64,000 bases of DNA. Source: an uncultured Gammaproteobacteria bacterium (GTDB taxonomy: Bacteria; Pseudomonadota; Gammaproteobacteria; Pseudomonadales; Azotimanducaceae). The translations under genes were made by a program, and so were the position numbers. Position 1 is the first letter of the stretch. Each line of letters starts with the position of its first letter. The notes under the pieces are model-generated. The model was not told the DNA's origin. It was given only the letters and a program-made list of their open reading frames with translations, and did no database searches. Of this stretch, positions 55,976 through 64,000 are shown piece after piece. The stretch is from the NCBI GenBank assembly GCA_913050215.1, contig CAJXBG010000006.1:7555-71554 (forward strand), read 5' to 3'.

Positions 55976-56183
55976 GTCTATGACAGGTACTTTTAAACCT
56001 TACTGGTAAAGGTGGAACGGTGTAACCCTGGCGTGATGATGGCGGAACATGGTGCTGTCGCGGTCAGCGAGCGTTGCAGGTCTGGGCGCTATTTTCGACG
56101 GTTTGGTATCCTCGTGGCGAAAGCAGGGTTAGCGCATGTCTTCAACTGACAACTCACGAGCAAGTCTACCAAGAAGACAAAAA

Positions 56184-56209
56184 GACGATAAAACGACGAT
56201 AAAACGACG
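56184..56209. repeat. Tandem 11-mer GACGATAAAAC x2.4
   Basis: Read directly, 40-65 nt upstream of the esterase start. Confidence 0.7.
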
Positions 56210-56248
56210 TTAGCGTCCATTGGCACGCAGCTGAAAAGGAAAACGTTA

Positions 56249-57079
56249 ATGAGCGAAGAAGTGAAAATTGCGGGATCTCGCAGACATGCACTGCGAAGCG
56301 ACGCTATTGGCCAGAGCTTTCTCTTGAACGTATCATTGCCACCTGGTTACAAGGTGGATGGTGCGTCTTACCCGGTGGTTTATGTAAGCGATGGCACTCA
56401 GGCCTTTCTGGCGATTAATGCTGTCGTGCCTTTGATGCAACTAACCGGAGAGCTCAAGCAATTTATCACCGTGGGTATCACCTACGACGTTGAAAACGCC
56501 AGAGATATGATGACCCTGAGAACCAGAGACCTGACGCACTGTGTTGGTGACATGGATGGAGGTTCACAGGGAACGCCGGGATGGATGAAGAAACTGCCTC
56601 CCTCTGAACCCGGTGGGGCGCAAAAATTTCTAGCGTTCATTAACGAGCACGTGAAACCTTTTATTCAGAACACATACAATGCCTCTGCGATTGACCAATG
56701 TTATGCAGGTTATTCGTTAGGTGGATTATTTGGGCTTTATACTCTGTTTAACCAACCTGACTCGTTTAACCGATACATTATCGGTAGTCCATCAATCTGG
56801 TGGGGCAAAAGAGATATTCTTAGCCATGAACGGCAGTATGCTGAAGCACATAAAGATCTTAACGCCACGGTTTACATGTGTTCGGGCCGACTAGAAGAAA
56901 AAGAGGAAAAGCCTGACGCGTATTGCATGGTGAGTAATATGACAAATCTCGCGAATACGCTTGAAGACCGGCACTATCAGAGTCTTGATTTGCAACACCA
57001 GGTATTCGATGACGAAACTCACCTCTCTGGTCACCCGTTGGCTTTGACCCGAGGGTTGCGAAAGGTTTTCAGTCGTTAA
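56249..57079 (+). CDS. Alpha/beta hydrolase, IroE/siderophore-esterase-like 'putative esterase' family
   Basis: 276 aa. YPVVYVSDG, GYSLGGLFGLY (GxSxG) and IGSPSIWW motifs. No signal peptide. Confidence 0.75.
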   Translation: MSEEVKIAGSRRHALRSDAIGQSFLLNVSLPPGYKVDGASYPVVYVSDGTQAFLAINAVVPLMQLTGELKQFITVGITYDVENARDMMTLRTRDLTHCVGDMDGGSQGTPGWMKKLPPSEPGGAQKFLAFINEHVKPFIQNTYNASAIDQCYAGYSLGGLFGLYTLFNQPDSFNRYIIGSPSIWWGKRDILSHERQYAEAHKDLNATVYMCSGRLEEKEEKPDAYCMVSNMTNLANTLEDRHYQSLDLQHQVFDDETHLSGHPLALTRGLRKVFSR

Positions 57080-57153
57080 ACACTGCATGTAGGTTTGAGC
57101 GGAAATCTCTGTCGTTTGTCTTTGTACGTGTCCTTTTTGGCAATAAACCCTCA

Positions 57154-57172
57154 TCAATTGATAATCAATATG
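57154..57172. promoter_or_regulatory. Fur-box-like palindrome
   Basis: tcaattgataatcaatatg matches the 19-bp Fur consensus GATAATGATAATCATTATC at 13 of 19 positions by my count, with the central TGATAATCA exact. It is about 145 nt upstream of the aminotransferase. Confidence 0.25.
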
Positions 57173-57316
57173 GCAGCAAAAGCTGATGCCTAGACTGTAA
57201 GTCTATAACGATGATGGTGGTTGAGCTCCGAAGCAATTTCAATTCTTTCAATTTTATACCGCTGAGGCGATACAATTACCCAAACCGGAATATGAGTTTT
57301 AGAGACAGGAAAAAGC

Positions 57317-58447
57317 ATGAACATCGAGCCCTTTGGCGTAGAAATGTGGATGAACGAATATGAAACGAAGTGTGAATACAATTTGGCCGAAACTTGCGTC
57401 TACAGTCTGTCGGTTTCTGAATTGTTGGAGACTTGCGGACTACCCCGTGAAAAACTGGACGACATACTATCGCTGAAGCTTGGTTATGGGGCTATTGAGG
57501 GTAGTGACAAGTTAAGATCAGCGATCTCTGCACTTTATGAAAATCAAGCAGTTGAAAACACGATCGTGACCCACGGAACGATTGGCGCGAACTCATTGGT
57601 ACATCAAAGTCTGCTTTCTCGTGACGATCAAATTGTTGCTATCGTTCCCAGCTACCAGCAACATTATTCTATTCCCGAGAGTGTCGGCGCTAGGGTAGAT
57701 TTATTGCATTTGAAAGCAGCGAACAACTTTTTGCCTGATCTTGCAGAGTTGAAAAGCCTTGTGACGAAAGACACCAAGCTTATTGTCCTGACAAACCCGA
57801 ACAATCCCACCGGAAGTCTGTTAAATCGGGCAGGGTTGGAGGAAATTACTGCGATAGCAAAAGAGGTGGATGCGTGGGTGCTCTGCGATGAGGTCTATCG
57901 TGGAACGGATCAGGCTGGTGCTGGGATGACCTGCTCTATTGTGGACATATATGAAAAAGGGATTAGCACTGCAGGTATGTCCAAAGCGTTCTCTCTTGCT
58001 GGTTTGCGGCTTGGCTGGATTGTTGGCCCAGTAGAGATGATTAGGCAAGTGATGATCCACCGAGACTACAACACGATATCTGTTGGGGTCATCAATGATT
58101 ATCTTGCGACCCTTGCGCTGGAAAATCATCAGGCGCTGCTGAACCGAAGCAAATTGATTACTCGCAGAAATCTTGAAATTTTGGCGACCTGGGTCGATAA
58201 CGAGCAGTCGATCGATTGGGTGCGTCCATCTTCTGGGACGACGACATTGTTGAAATATGACCTCGAGATGTCCTCTCGTGACTTTTGCATTGAGTTGCTC
58301 GAAGAAACAGGCGTGATGTTTACTCCAGGCTCGGCGATGGGCATGGAAGGATATGTTCGGATAGGATATGCCAATCCAACTGAAGTGTTGCAGAAAGGAT
58401 TAAAACTAGTGTCACAGTTCTTGTTCGACAGACCGCGGCGCGCTTGA
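57317..58447 (+). CDS. PLP-dependent aminotransferase, class I/II
   Basis: 376 aa. NPNNPTG and the SKAFSLAGLRLGW Schiff-base lysine motif. Confidence 0.9.
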   Translation: MNIEPFGVEMWMNEYETKCEYNLAETCVYSLSVSELLETCGLPREKLDDILSLKLGYGAIEGSDKLRSAISALYENQAVENTIVTHGTIGANSLVHQSLLSRDDQIVAIVPSYQQHYSIPESVGARVDLLHLKAANNFLPDLAELKSLVTKDTKLIVLTNPNNPTGSLLNRAGLEEITAIAKEVDAWVLCDEVYRGTDQAGAGMTCSIVDIYEKGISTAGMSKAFSLAGLRLGWIVGPVEMIRQVMIHRDYNTISVGVINDYLATLALENHQALLNRSKLITRRNLEILATWVDNEQSIDWVRPSSGTTTLLKYDLEMSSRDFCIELLEETGVMFTPGSAMGMEGYVRIGYANPTEVLQKGLKLVSQFLFDRPRRA

Positions 58448-58459
58448 TGGTCGTCTAAA

Positions 58460-59035
58460 TTAAGCCAGAGTATCCTGCACACGTGTTTGCAAGGCAGGAA
58501 CAACTTCTGTTTCAAACCATGCATTCTTTTTAAGCCAGATATTATTCCGTGGGCTAGGGTGAGGCAACGGCATCATGTTGTCCCCAAATTTCTGCCATTG
58601 TTTCACCGTTTCCGTCAGATTCAAATCTTGTTGTCTTAGATGCCATTGCTGCGCGTAAGCACCAATCACCAAGGTTAATTTGACCTCAGTGAGGTGGTCC
58701 AGTAATTGTTGTCGCCAAGTGCCAGCGCAACGCTTCTGAGGCGGGAGGTCTCCGGAAATCCCTTTGCCTGGATAACAAAAGCCCATGGGAAGAATTGCAA
58801 TTTGAAAGGGGTCGTAGAATGTTGTGCGATCGATCCCCATCCAAAGGCGAAGGCGTTCGCCGCTGGCATCATCAAAAGGCACGCCAGATCGATGGACTTT
58901 GATGCCGGGCGCCTGTCCAGATATCAAAATTTTCGCTTTCTCATGTACCTGAACGACTGGACGCGGTCCTAACGGAAGGTCGTCGCCACACAAATCGCAG
59001 GCTTTTATTTTCTCGACTGTTTCGATCAGCTTCAT
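58460..59035 (-). CDS. Uracil-DNA glycosylase superfamily protein
   Basis: 191 aa. ILISGQAPG is a motif-A-like segment and LPHPSPRN is motif B (HPS). Confidence 0.75.
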   Translation of the reverse strand: MKLIETVEKIKACDLCGDDLPLGPRPVVQVHEKAKILISGQAPGIKVHRSGVPFDDASGERLRLWMGIDRTTFYDPFQIAILPMGFCYPGKGISGDLPPQKRCAGTWRQQLLDHLTEVKLTLVIGAYAQQWHLRQQDLNLTETVKQWQKFGDNMMPLPHPSPRNNIWLKKNAWFETEVVPALQTRVQDTLA

Positions 59036-59072
59036 ATGGCAATAGTGGTGATTGAAAGGGCGAGCGAACGCA

Positions 59073-59831
59073 TTAAAAATCGATAGGGAGTTCTAGGTGT
59101 CTCGTGAAGATTGCGTCTCTTTGTTCAATAAGTGCGGGATCGTAGTCCCCGAGTGAACTAGCAACAACCCCCCAGGATTTTCTCAGGAAACTAGGCATTG
59201 GGTTCTGTTCGTGAGGATAAGGGTTGAGCATTTGTGAAAAATAGGCCCAGTGGACGTCCGCAGCTGTAAGTTTGTCGCCAACTAGGTAGCCGCTCCCTCT
59301 GGCCTGCTGAGATTTAATTTGTTGAGTGAGGTGGTCAAGAATTTCTTTGATTCTGCCTAGCGCTCTATCAGCGCTCGCGGGCGAATAGTAATCTTTATAC
59401 ATGGGTGTGTTAAGAATTTTGTCACCCTGCTTGTCATATCCGGGCTTAAGCATTAACAGTCTTCCGTTCCATGCAAACCCGTCTTCACCGGCGATTTCGT
59501 TAATCAATCCAACGACCTGTATCCGCTCGGTAATGTCAATCGGGAGTAGTGATGAACCCGAACCCAATCGTTCCGCGAGCTCGATAATTTCCATGGCTCT
59601 GACCCGGGGCGATTCGTCGTTGTGCATAATAATTGGTGCATTGCGGTGTCCTGTCCAATCAACAATGTCGTTGTTCTGTTCGCCTCCGGTTTGGGCGACA
59701 ACATGAAAAGGTACGCTGCGAAGTCGAAATATCGCTTTTGCGGCTTCACCCCATGGTCCGGGTACCAGTCTCGTACAGACTATTCTGACGCCAGATGTGT
59801 TTTTTGCTTGTTCGAGGCTGATGTAGTTCAC
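59073..59831 (-). CDS. Glutathione S-transferase-like protein
   Basis: 252 aa with a GTG start. The C-terminal GYLVGDKLTAADVHWAYF is typical of the GST alpha-helical domain, and the N-terminal part is thioredoxin-like. Confidence 0.6.
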   Translation of the reverse strand: MNYISLEQAKNTSGVRIVCTRLVPGPWGEAAKAIFRLRSVPFHVVAQTGGEQNNDIVDWTGHRNAPIIMHNDESPRVRAMEIIELAERLGSGSSLLPIDITERIQVVGLINEIAGEDGFAWNGRLLMLKPGYDKQGDKILNTPMYKDYYSPASADRALGRIKEILDHLTQQIKSQQARGSGYLVGDKLTAADVHWAYFSQMLNPYPHEQNPMPSFLRKSWGVVASSLGDYDPALIEQRDAIFTRHLELPIDF

Positions 59832-60024
59832 GTTATTTTCCTGAATCAGTGTTTTTGGATGGGTGTATTAAATCAACCGCACAGGGTCAAAATATCTGAC
59901 GTTATCTGGTTGTTGATCTCAATCCTGAAATAATCAGGCTGCCGTAAAAAGCCAGACAGCCCATCTGCCAAATTTTTTTCACCACCGGTGCAAAGCTGCT
60001 AATGAGTTTTTTGAATTGTGCCTG

Positions 60025-60720
60025 CTAGGGTTGACTACTTTTCTCTTTCTCGAGTGCCTCGGCGCGCATTTTCGCTTCAGTACCGTCAAGCCTCGCTTTC
60101 ATTCCACGCTTCATTTCCTCGATAATCTTGTCGGCAAATTCATTTTTCTGAATCTCACCCCAATAAGCTGCGACTTTCGTTGTCGCCAGTATCGGGTTTT
60201 CGGTACCTAATCGAGGCACCGTGTTTTGACACATCCATAGCGCCGGCACTAACGTGCAGTCAGCACGCGTAAGCTTGTCACCTACGGCGAAGTCGCCTGT
60301 ACCAATATGCTGCTCTAGCGCGCCCATACCTCGCTTAACTTGCCCCAGTAGTAAATCCAGTATGCCTTGATTTGGCGTTTTAGTCATAAGCTGCGAAAGT
60401 GACATGAAGATATTATTCATCAGATAAATGTCCGCAATCCTCGAGACAATCCGAACCTTAGCCCGTTCCATTGGCGTGTCGCCAACCATTGATTTTTCCG
60501 GGTAAATATCATCAAGGTATTCAGCGATGATTTCTGACTCGGGAATAATTGTGTCGCCTACTTCCATCACGGGTATTCTACCAATTGGAGAAATTTTGCT
60601 GAACTTCCCGGTCATAAATTCAGCGGGTAGACCGAATTCAATATCTGTGATGCCCATGGCGTAAATTTGCATGCGAATTTTCGCAGAGTAAGGGCTAAGG
60701 TCGCCGGTGATCAGTTTCAT
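60025..60720 (-). CDS. Glutathione S-transferase family protein
   Basis: 231 aa. SPYSAKIRM...RIPVMEVGDTIIPESEIIAEYLDD and DKLTRADC are GST N- and C-domain patterns. Confidence 0.8.
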   Translation of the reverse strand: MKLITGDLSPYSAKIRMQIYAMGITDIEFGLPAEFMTGKFSKISPIGRIPVMEVGDTIIPESEIIAEYLDDIYPEKSMVGDTPMERAKVRIVSRIADIYLMNNIFMSLSQLMTKTPNQGILDLLLGQVKRGMGALEQHIGTGDFAVGDKLTRADCTLVPALWMCQNTVPRLGTENPILATTKVAAYWGEIQKNEFADKIIEEMKRGMKARLDGTEAKMRAEALEKEKSSQP

Positions 60721-61004
60721 GTTTGGTCTCCAATTTCAGTTTAGGGAATGTTGGCTTAGTGAGCCTTTCTATAATAAAGCAGCATTTGATTACAGTACAC
60801 AAATCAGTTCGTATTCTCTAAGTGGAGGTAAAAGCGACTTTGGTAGTTAAGGTTATCATGCGAAATTGATACACAATTTAACGAGTGTTTATCGTCACTG
60901 GCACAATGCACGATCGTTGGAATTTCTGGACAGGAACTATTTAGTCATTAGACTGTTCGAGCATAACTTCAAGTCACGCTAACCTTTACCAGGATGTACA
61001 AAAT

Positions 61005-61667
61005 ATGCAAAAAAATACCCAGGACGTTCGTCAAACGATCATAGATGCCTGTCTGTGGATGAATAGTACTGGCTTGAATCAGGGTACTTCCGGAAATGTA
61101 AGTATCAGGACGGACGAGGGGGTTTTAATCACGCCCAGCAGTCTGCCCTACGAGGATATGACACCAGCGGATGTCATTTTGCTGCCCGGTGATGGTTTGT
61201 CCGGCGAAGCGATAGGCCCTCATCGTCCCTCGTCAGAGTGGCGTTTTCATGCTGCTATTTACAAGGAGCGCGCTGATATTCACTCGGTTGTGCATTCGCA
61301 TTCCACCTATGCGACGGCCATGTCGATGCTCCGACGCGACATTCCCAGCGTTCACTACATGATTGGTATCTTTGGTGGTGACAGTGTGCGCTGTGCTGAT
61401 TATGCCCACTATGGCAGTCAGGCCTTGTCTGATAACGCACTGGCTGCTTTAAAAGACAGGACCGGTTGCTTGCTTGGTACTCACGGCATGATTGCCTGTG
61501 GCGGCGACCTTAAACAGGCGCTTTGGCGAGCGGGAGAACTAGAGGCGCTCTGTCAGCAATATCACCTTGCCTGTTCCATTGGTGAACCTCATGTTTTGAC
61601 CGGAAAACAGGTGGAAGAGGTCCGAGAGCGAATGGAAACGGGTTATGGCGTCTGGCCTAAAGCGTGA
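61005..61667 (+). CDS. Class II aldolase/adducin family protein
   Basis: 220 aa. GTSGNVSIR and VVHSHSTYATA are metal-binding His motifs. Confidence 0.9.
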   Translation: MQKNTQDVRQTIIDACLWMNSTGLNQGTSGNVSIRTDEGVLITPSSLPYEDMTPADVILLPGDGLSGEAIGPHRPSSEWRFHAAIYKERADIHSVVHSHSTYATAMSMLRRDIPSVHYMIGIFGGDSVRCADYAHYGSQALSDNALAALKDRTGCLLGTHGMIACGGDLKQALWRAGELEALCQQYHLACSIGEPHVLTGKQVEEVRERMETGYGVWPKA

Positions 61668-63001
61668 CTTTCATGTTCATCAAGCGCTTGGGTTTTGAAT
61701 TTGGGTAGGCCCGTTGCTATTGCGAGAACGCCAAAAAGGATGATCAACATCGGATACCAACAATAGGGTGATATTGCCAGAGGGGAAATCCCGGCGAGCG
61801 CTGCTGCGGTGAGAAGCTGACCACCGTAGGGTACAAGACCCTGAAAGCCACAGGAAAAAATATCTAAAAGACTGGCTGTTCTTCTTGGGTCAATCTGAAA
61901 TTGCTGGTTTAGATCTTTTGCGATAGGGCCTGCGGACACGATTGCGATTGTGTTGTTGGCGGTTGCAAGGTCTAAAAAGCTGACCAGTGTCGCAATGCTG
62001 TATTCAGCCCCCTTGGTTGTTTTCACGCCCCGGGTGATAGTAGCCATTAGCCAATCCATACCACCGTAAGCTTTCATTAAAGCAATGATGCCGCCGATGA
62101 CAACGGCTATTGCCGCGAGATCCTGCATCCAGCCCATACCTGTTTGAATACTTGCGAATAACCCAATCATATCGAATGCCTCCGTCCAGATACCAACGAC
62201 ACCTGCGCAGCCGATGCCAATACCCAAAACAGCAATCACGTTAAGCCCCATGAGCGCTGAAACAATAATGAAGATGTAAGGCAGGATAAGCTGAAACTCG
62301 TAGTTATCCGGCGCGATGTTGGCCTGCATGTCAAAATCGACGAACATCAGTGCAACAAAAGTGAGAAGTGCTGCGGGGGTAACGATGATTAAGTTGGCCT
62401 TAAATTTATCCTTGAGTCTGACCCCTTGGGTGCGTGTCGCCGCAATTGTTGTGTCAGAAATAAATGAAAGATTATCTCCAAACATGGCACCACCAATCAC
62501 AATCCCGATTGCCAGCGGAATAGGAATGCCAATGCTTTCCGCTAATCCGATACCGATTGGTACAATCGCTGTAATAGTGCCCATCGATGTGCCCATTGCA
62601 AAAGATATAAAGCAAGAGATGATGAACAGCCCGGGCAACAAGATAATTGTTGGGACAAACAACAGGGCCCAGTTTACCGTAGCGTCGCGCGCACCAATGT
62701 CAATGGTAAGTGAATAGAAGGCACCGGCCATCAGAAATATGATGACAAGCAAAATGATGGTTTTTTCGCCACCACCAGCACAAAAAATATCAACTTTCTG
62801 CCCTATGGATATCTTGTGCTCGCGTGGATTAAGTGTCAGTGCATAGCCGGCAGAGATCATAAAAGCGACGAGAATTGGCATTGCGCCAAAGTCGTTCGCC
62901 AGTAATCCCGTAATCACAACAAGCGACACAAACAGCAGCATCGGTGTGAGTCCGAGAAAATTCCCTTGATTGCGTGTCTTCATGCATGCATCCATCGACA
63001 A
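61643..63001 (-). CDS. Na+/H+ antiporter NhaC family membrane protein
   Basis: 452 aa, polytopic, with composition and length typical of the NhaC-type family. Several candidate Met starts fall in the first 7 codons. The 3' end overlaps the aldolase gene by 25 nt. Confidence 0.75.
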   Translation of the reverse strand: MSMDACMKTRNQGNFLGLTPMLLFVSLVVITGLLANDFGAMPILVAFMISAGYALTLNPREHKISIGQKVDIFCAGGGEKTIILLVIIFLMAGAFYSLTIDIGARDATVNWALLFVPTIILLPGLFIISCFISFAMGTSMGTITAIVPIGIGLAESIGIPIPLAIGIVIGGAMFGDNLSFISDTTIAATRTQGVRLKDKFKANLIIVTPAALLTFVALMFVDFDMQANIAPDNYEFQLILPYIFIIVSALMGLNVIAVLGIGIGCAGVVGIWTEAFDMIGLFASIQTGMGWMQDLAAIAVVIGGIIALMKAYGGMDWLMATITRGVKTTKGAEYSIATLVSFLDLATANNTIAIVSAGPIAKDLNQQFQIDPRRTASLLDIFSCGFQGLVPYGGQLLTAAALAGISPLAISPYCWYPMLIILFGVLAIATGLPKFKTQALDEHESHALGQTP

Positions 63002-63090
63002 ATTTTTCAGTGTATCCCACCATGGGGGATGTAAATTTACTTGTCAAAAAAATTTGGTAGAGTGGAAATGTTAAATGGAATGAGCTGCAT

Positions 63091-63618
63091 ATGGGGCACA
63101 CGATGAAACTTACTATTGGTCTACAGTTCCTCTGGCTGGTTGTATCCCTTCAGGCATTGGCAATGGACGAACGTGACGCGATTCTTGAGTTGGCGCGGCA
63201 GACGATAGAAAAATCACGCTATGCAACATTTGTGACGGTTGATAACAAAGGTCAGCCCAGGACCAGGATCGTTGATCCTTTTATCCCTGACGATGAGTTT
63301 GTTATCTATGTTGCGACAAAACCCAATACCCGCAAGGTCGCACAAATCGAAGATCATACAGCAGTGACGTTGTTCTACTACGACGCTGAAGGACGAAACT
63401 ATGTTTCAGTCATGGGACAAGCAGAGTTGCTGCGGGATAATGCAACAAAGCGCCAAATGAGGCGAGAAGCGGATAGCGACGAAATCTATCCGAATTTCCC
63501 TAATGATTATTTGCTCATCAAAATTCACCCGCGCCGGGTTGAGGGTCTATTACCCGGGTACCGAGGTGATCCGGACGACTGGCGCCCCATTGGTGTCGAT
63601 TTTCTTGGTGAAAAATAG
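63091..63618 (+). CDS. Pyridoxamine 5'-phosphate oxidase family protein with signal peptide
   Basis: 175 aa. MKLTIGLQFLWLVVSLQALA is a signal-like segment, with a possible start at 63103. YATFVTVDNKGQPRTRIVDP is a PPOX-fold pattern. Confidence 0.7.
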   Translation: MGHTMKLTIGLQFLWLVVSLQALAMDERDAILELARQTIEKSRYATFVTVDNKGQPRTRIVDPFIPDDEFVIYVATKPNTRKVAQIEDHTAVTLFYYDAEGRNYVSVMGQAELLRDNATKRQMRREADSDEIYPNFPNDYLLIKIHPRRVEGLLPGYRGDPDDWRPIGVDFLGEK

Positions 63619-63625
63619 GCTGCGG

Positions 63626-64000
63626 TTACTCGCGGCTGATGACAATAGCCTCTATGACAACATCGTTGACCGGGCGGTCAGATGTGTTGGTTGCCACATT
63701 CGATATCGCGTTTAAAATATCGCTACCCTCAACAAGCTGACCAAACACAGTATGTGCTGATGTAAGTGGCGCCTTATCATAATCCAGACCGGTGTTATCA
63801 ATGAGGTTCACAAAGAATTGCGACGTATTGGTGTTCGGTCCTGAGTTCGCCATGGCCAGGGTGCCCGTGACATTGCTAAGTGACTCGTCAAATTCATCAT
63901 CAAATGTACCTCCGAGGATGCTCTCACCACCCGTACCGTTTCCATTGGGGTCGCCACCCTGTATGACAAAATTGGGAATAACCCGATGGAAAATGAGTCC
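63626..64000 (-). CDS. Cyclophilin-type peptidyl-prolyl cis-trans isomerase, 5' end cut by window edge
   Basis: Extending the track's 75-aa fragment upstream by hand gives ...FHRVIPNFVIQGGDPNGNGTGGESILGGTFDDEF...GTLAMANSGPNTNTSQFFVNL, the canonical cyclophilin core. The ORF stays open to position 64000. Confidence 0.9.
   Translation of the reverse strand, partial: GLIFHRVIPNFVIQGGDPNGNGTGGESILGGTFDDEFDESLSNVTGTLAMANSGPNTNTSQFFVNLIDNTGLDYDKAPLTSAHTVFGQLVEGSDILNAISNVATNTSDRPVNDVVIEAIVISRE

Noticed and set aside
55990-56070. GGTGGAACGGTGTAACCC segment resembling part of a cobalamin riboswitch
   Set aside because: No B12 box (GCCACTG-like) or the expected flanking helices could be found, and the neighbouring genes are unrelated to cobalamin.
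56217-56236. Sigma54-like TGGCAC-N5-TGAA upstream of the esterase
   Set aside because: The -12 element does not match TTGC. The motif is also so close to the ATG (56249) that no 5'-UTR or SD spacing would remain.
61643-61667. 25-nt convergent 3' overlap of the aldolase and NhaC genes
   Set aside because: Both stops are unambiguous and both proteins end in non-conserved tails. Short convergent overlaps occur in compact genomes, so nothing further is implied.
1-64000. Search for CRISPR arrays, tRNA/rRNA genes, transposases, integrases, phage genes, toxin-antitoxin pairs or known defence systems
   Set aside because: I saw no spaced direct repeats, no tRNA-like T-arm/acceptor pattern in intergenic regions, and no ORF with recombinase, nuclease or defence hallmarks. 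A by-eye scan cannot exclude small RNAs.

Overview
The window is a densely coding stretch of bacterial chromosome with about 60 protein genes and short intergenic gaps. I found no rRNA, tRNA, CRISPR array, transposase, integrase or phage gene. Gene content suggests an aerobic, probably marine gammaproteobacterium, but that is inference from content only.

**Gene content**
- Oxygenases and redox enzymes dominate: two CYP153-type P450s, two PhyH-family dioxygenases, one TauD-family dioxygenase, one Rieske oxygenase alpha subunit, two luciferase-like (LLM) oxidoreductases, three PPOX/FDOR-like proteins, four SDRs and a zinc ADH.
- Acyl-CoA enzymes are also frequent: an acyl-CoA synthetase, two crotonases, and a 1142-aa single-chain biotin carboxylase-BCCP-carboxyltransferase.
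- Glutathione-linked proteins recur: four GST-superfamily proteins, a GFA protein and an Atm1-type ABC exporter.
- Only one transcription factor is visible, a TetR-family protein.

**No defence, toxin or secretion system** is recognisable in this window.

**Most promising poorly understood items**
1. A translationally coupled operon (leaderless lipocalin, secreted unknown protein, DedA) sits behind a TGATCC-N16-CGTATT motif that resembles ECF sigmaE/ChrR-type promoters.
2. The single-chain acyl-CoA carboxylase is followed 33 nt later by an Atm1-like exporter.
3. A DUF1800 lipoprotein is paired with a Tat-exported DUF1501 protein.
4. A divergent redox/CoA cluster lies at 31.4-37.7 kb, and F420-associated enzyme families are enriched across the window.
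5. Several non-coding repeats and palindromes stand out: four phased 10-mers, a TGACACC x5 microsatellite, and an 11-mer shared by the two promoter regions flanking the TetR cluster.

All functional calls rest on motifs I could read in the supplied translations. None has been verified by a database search.
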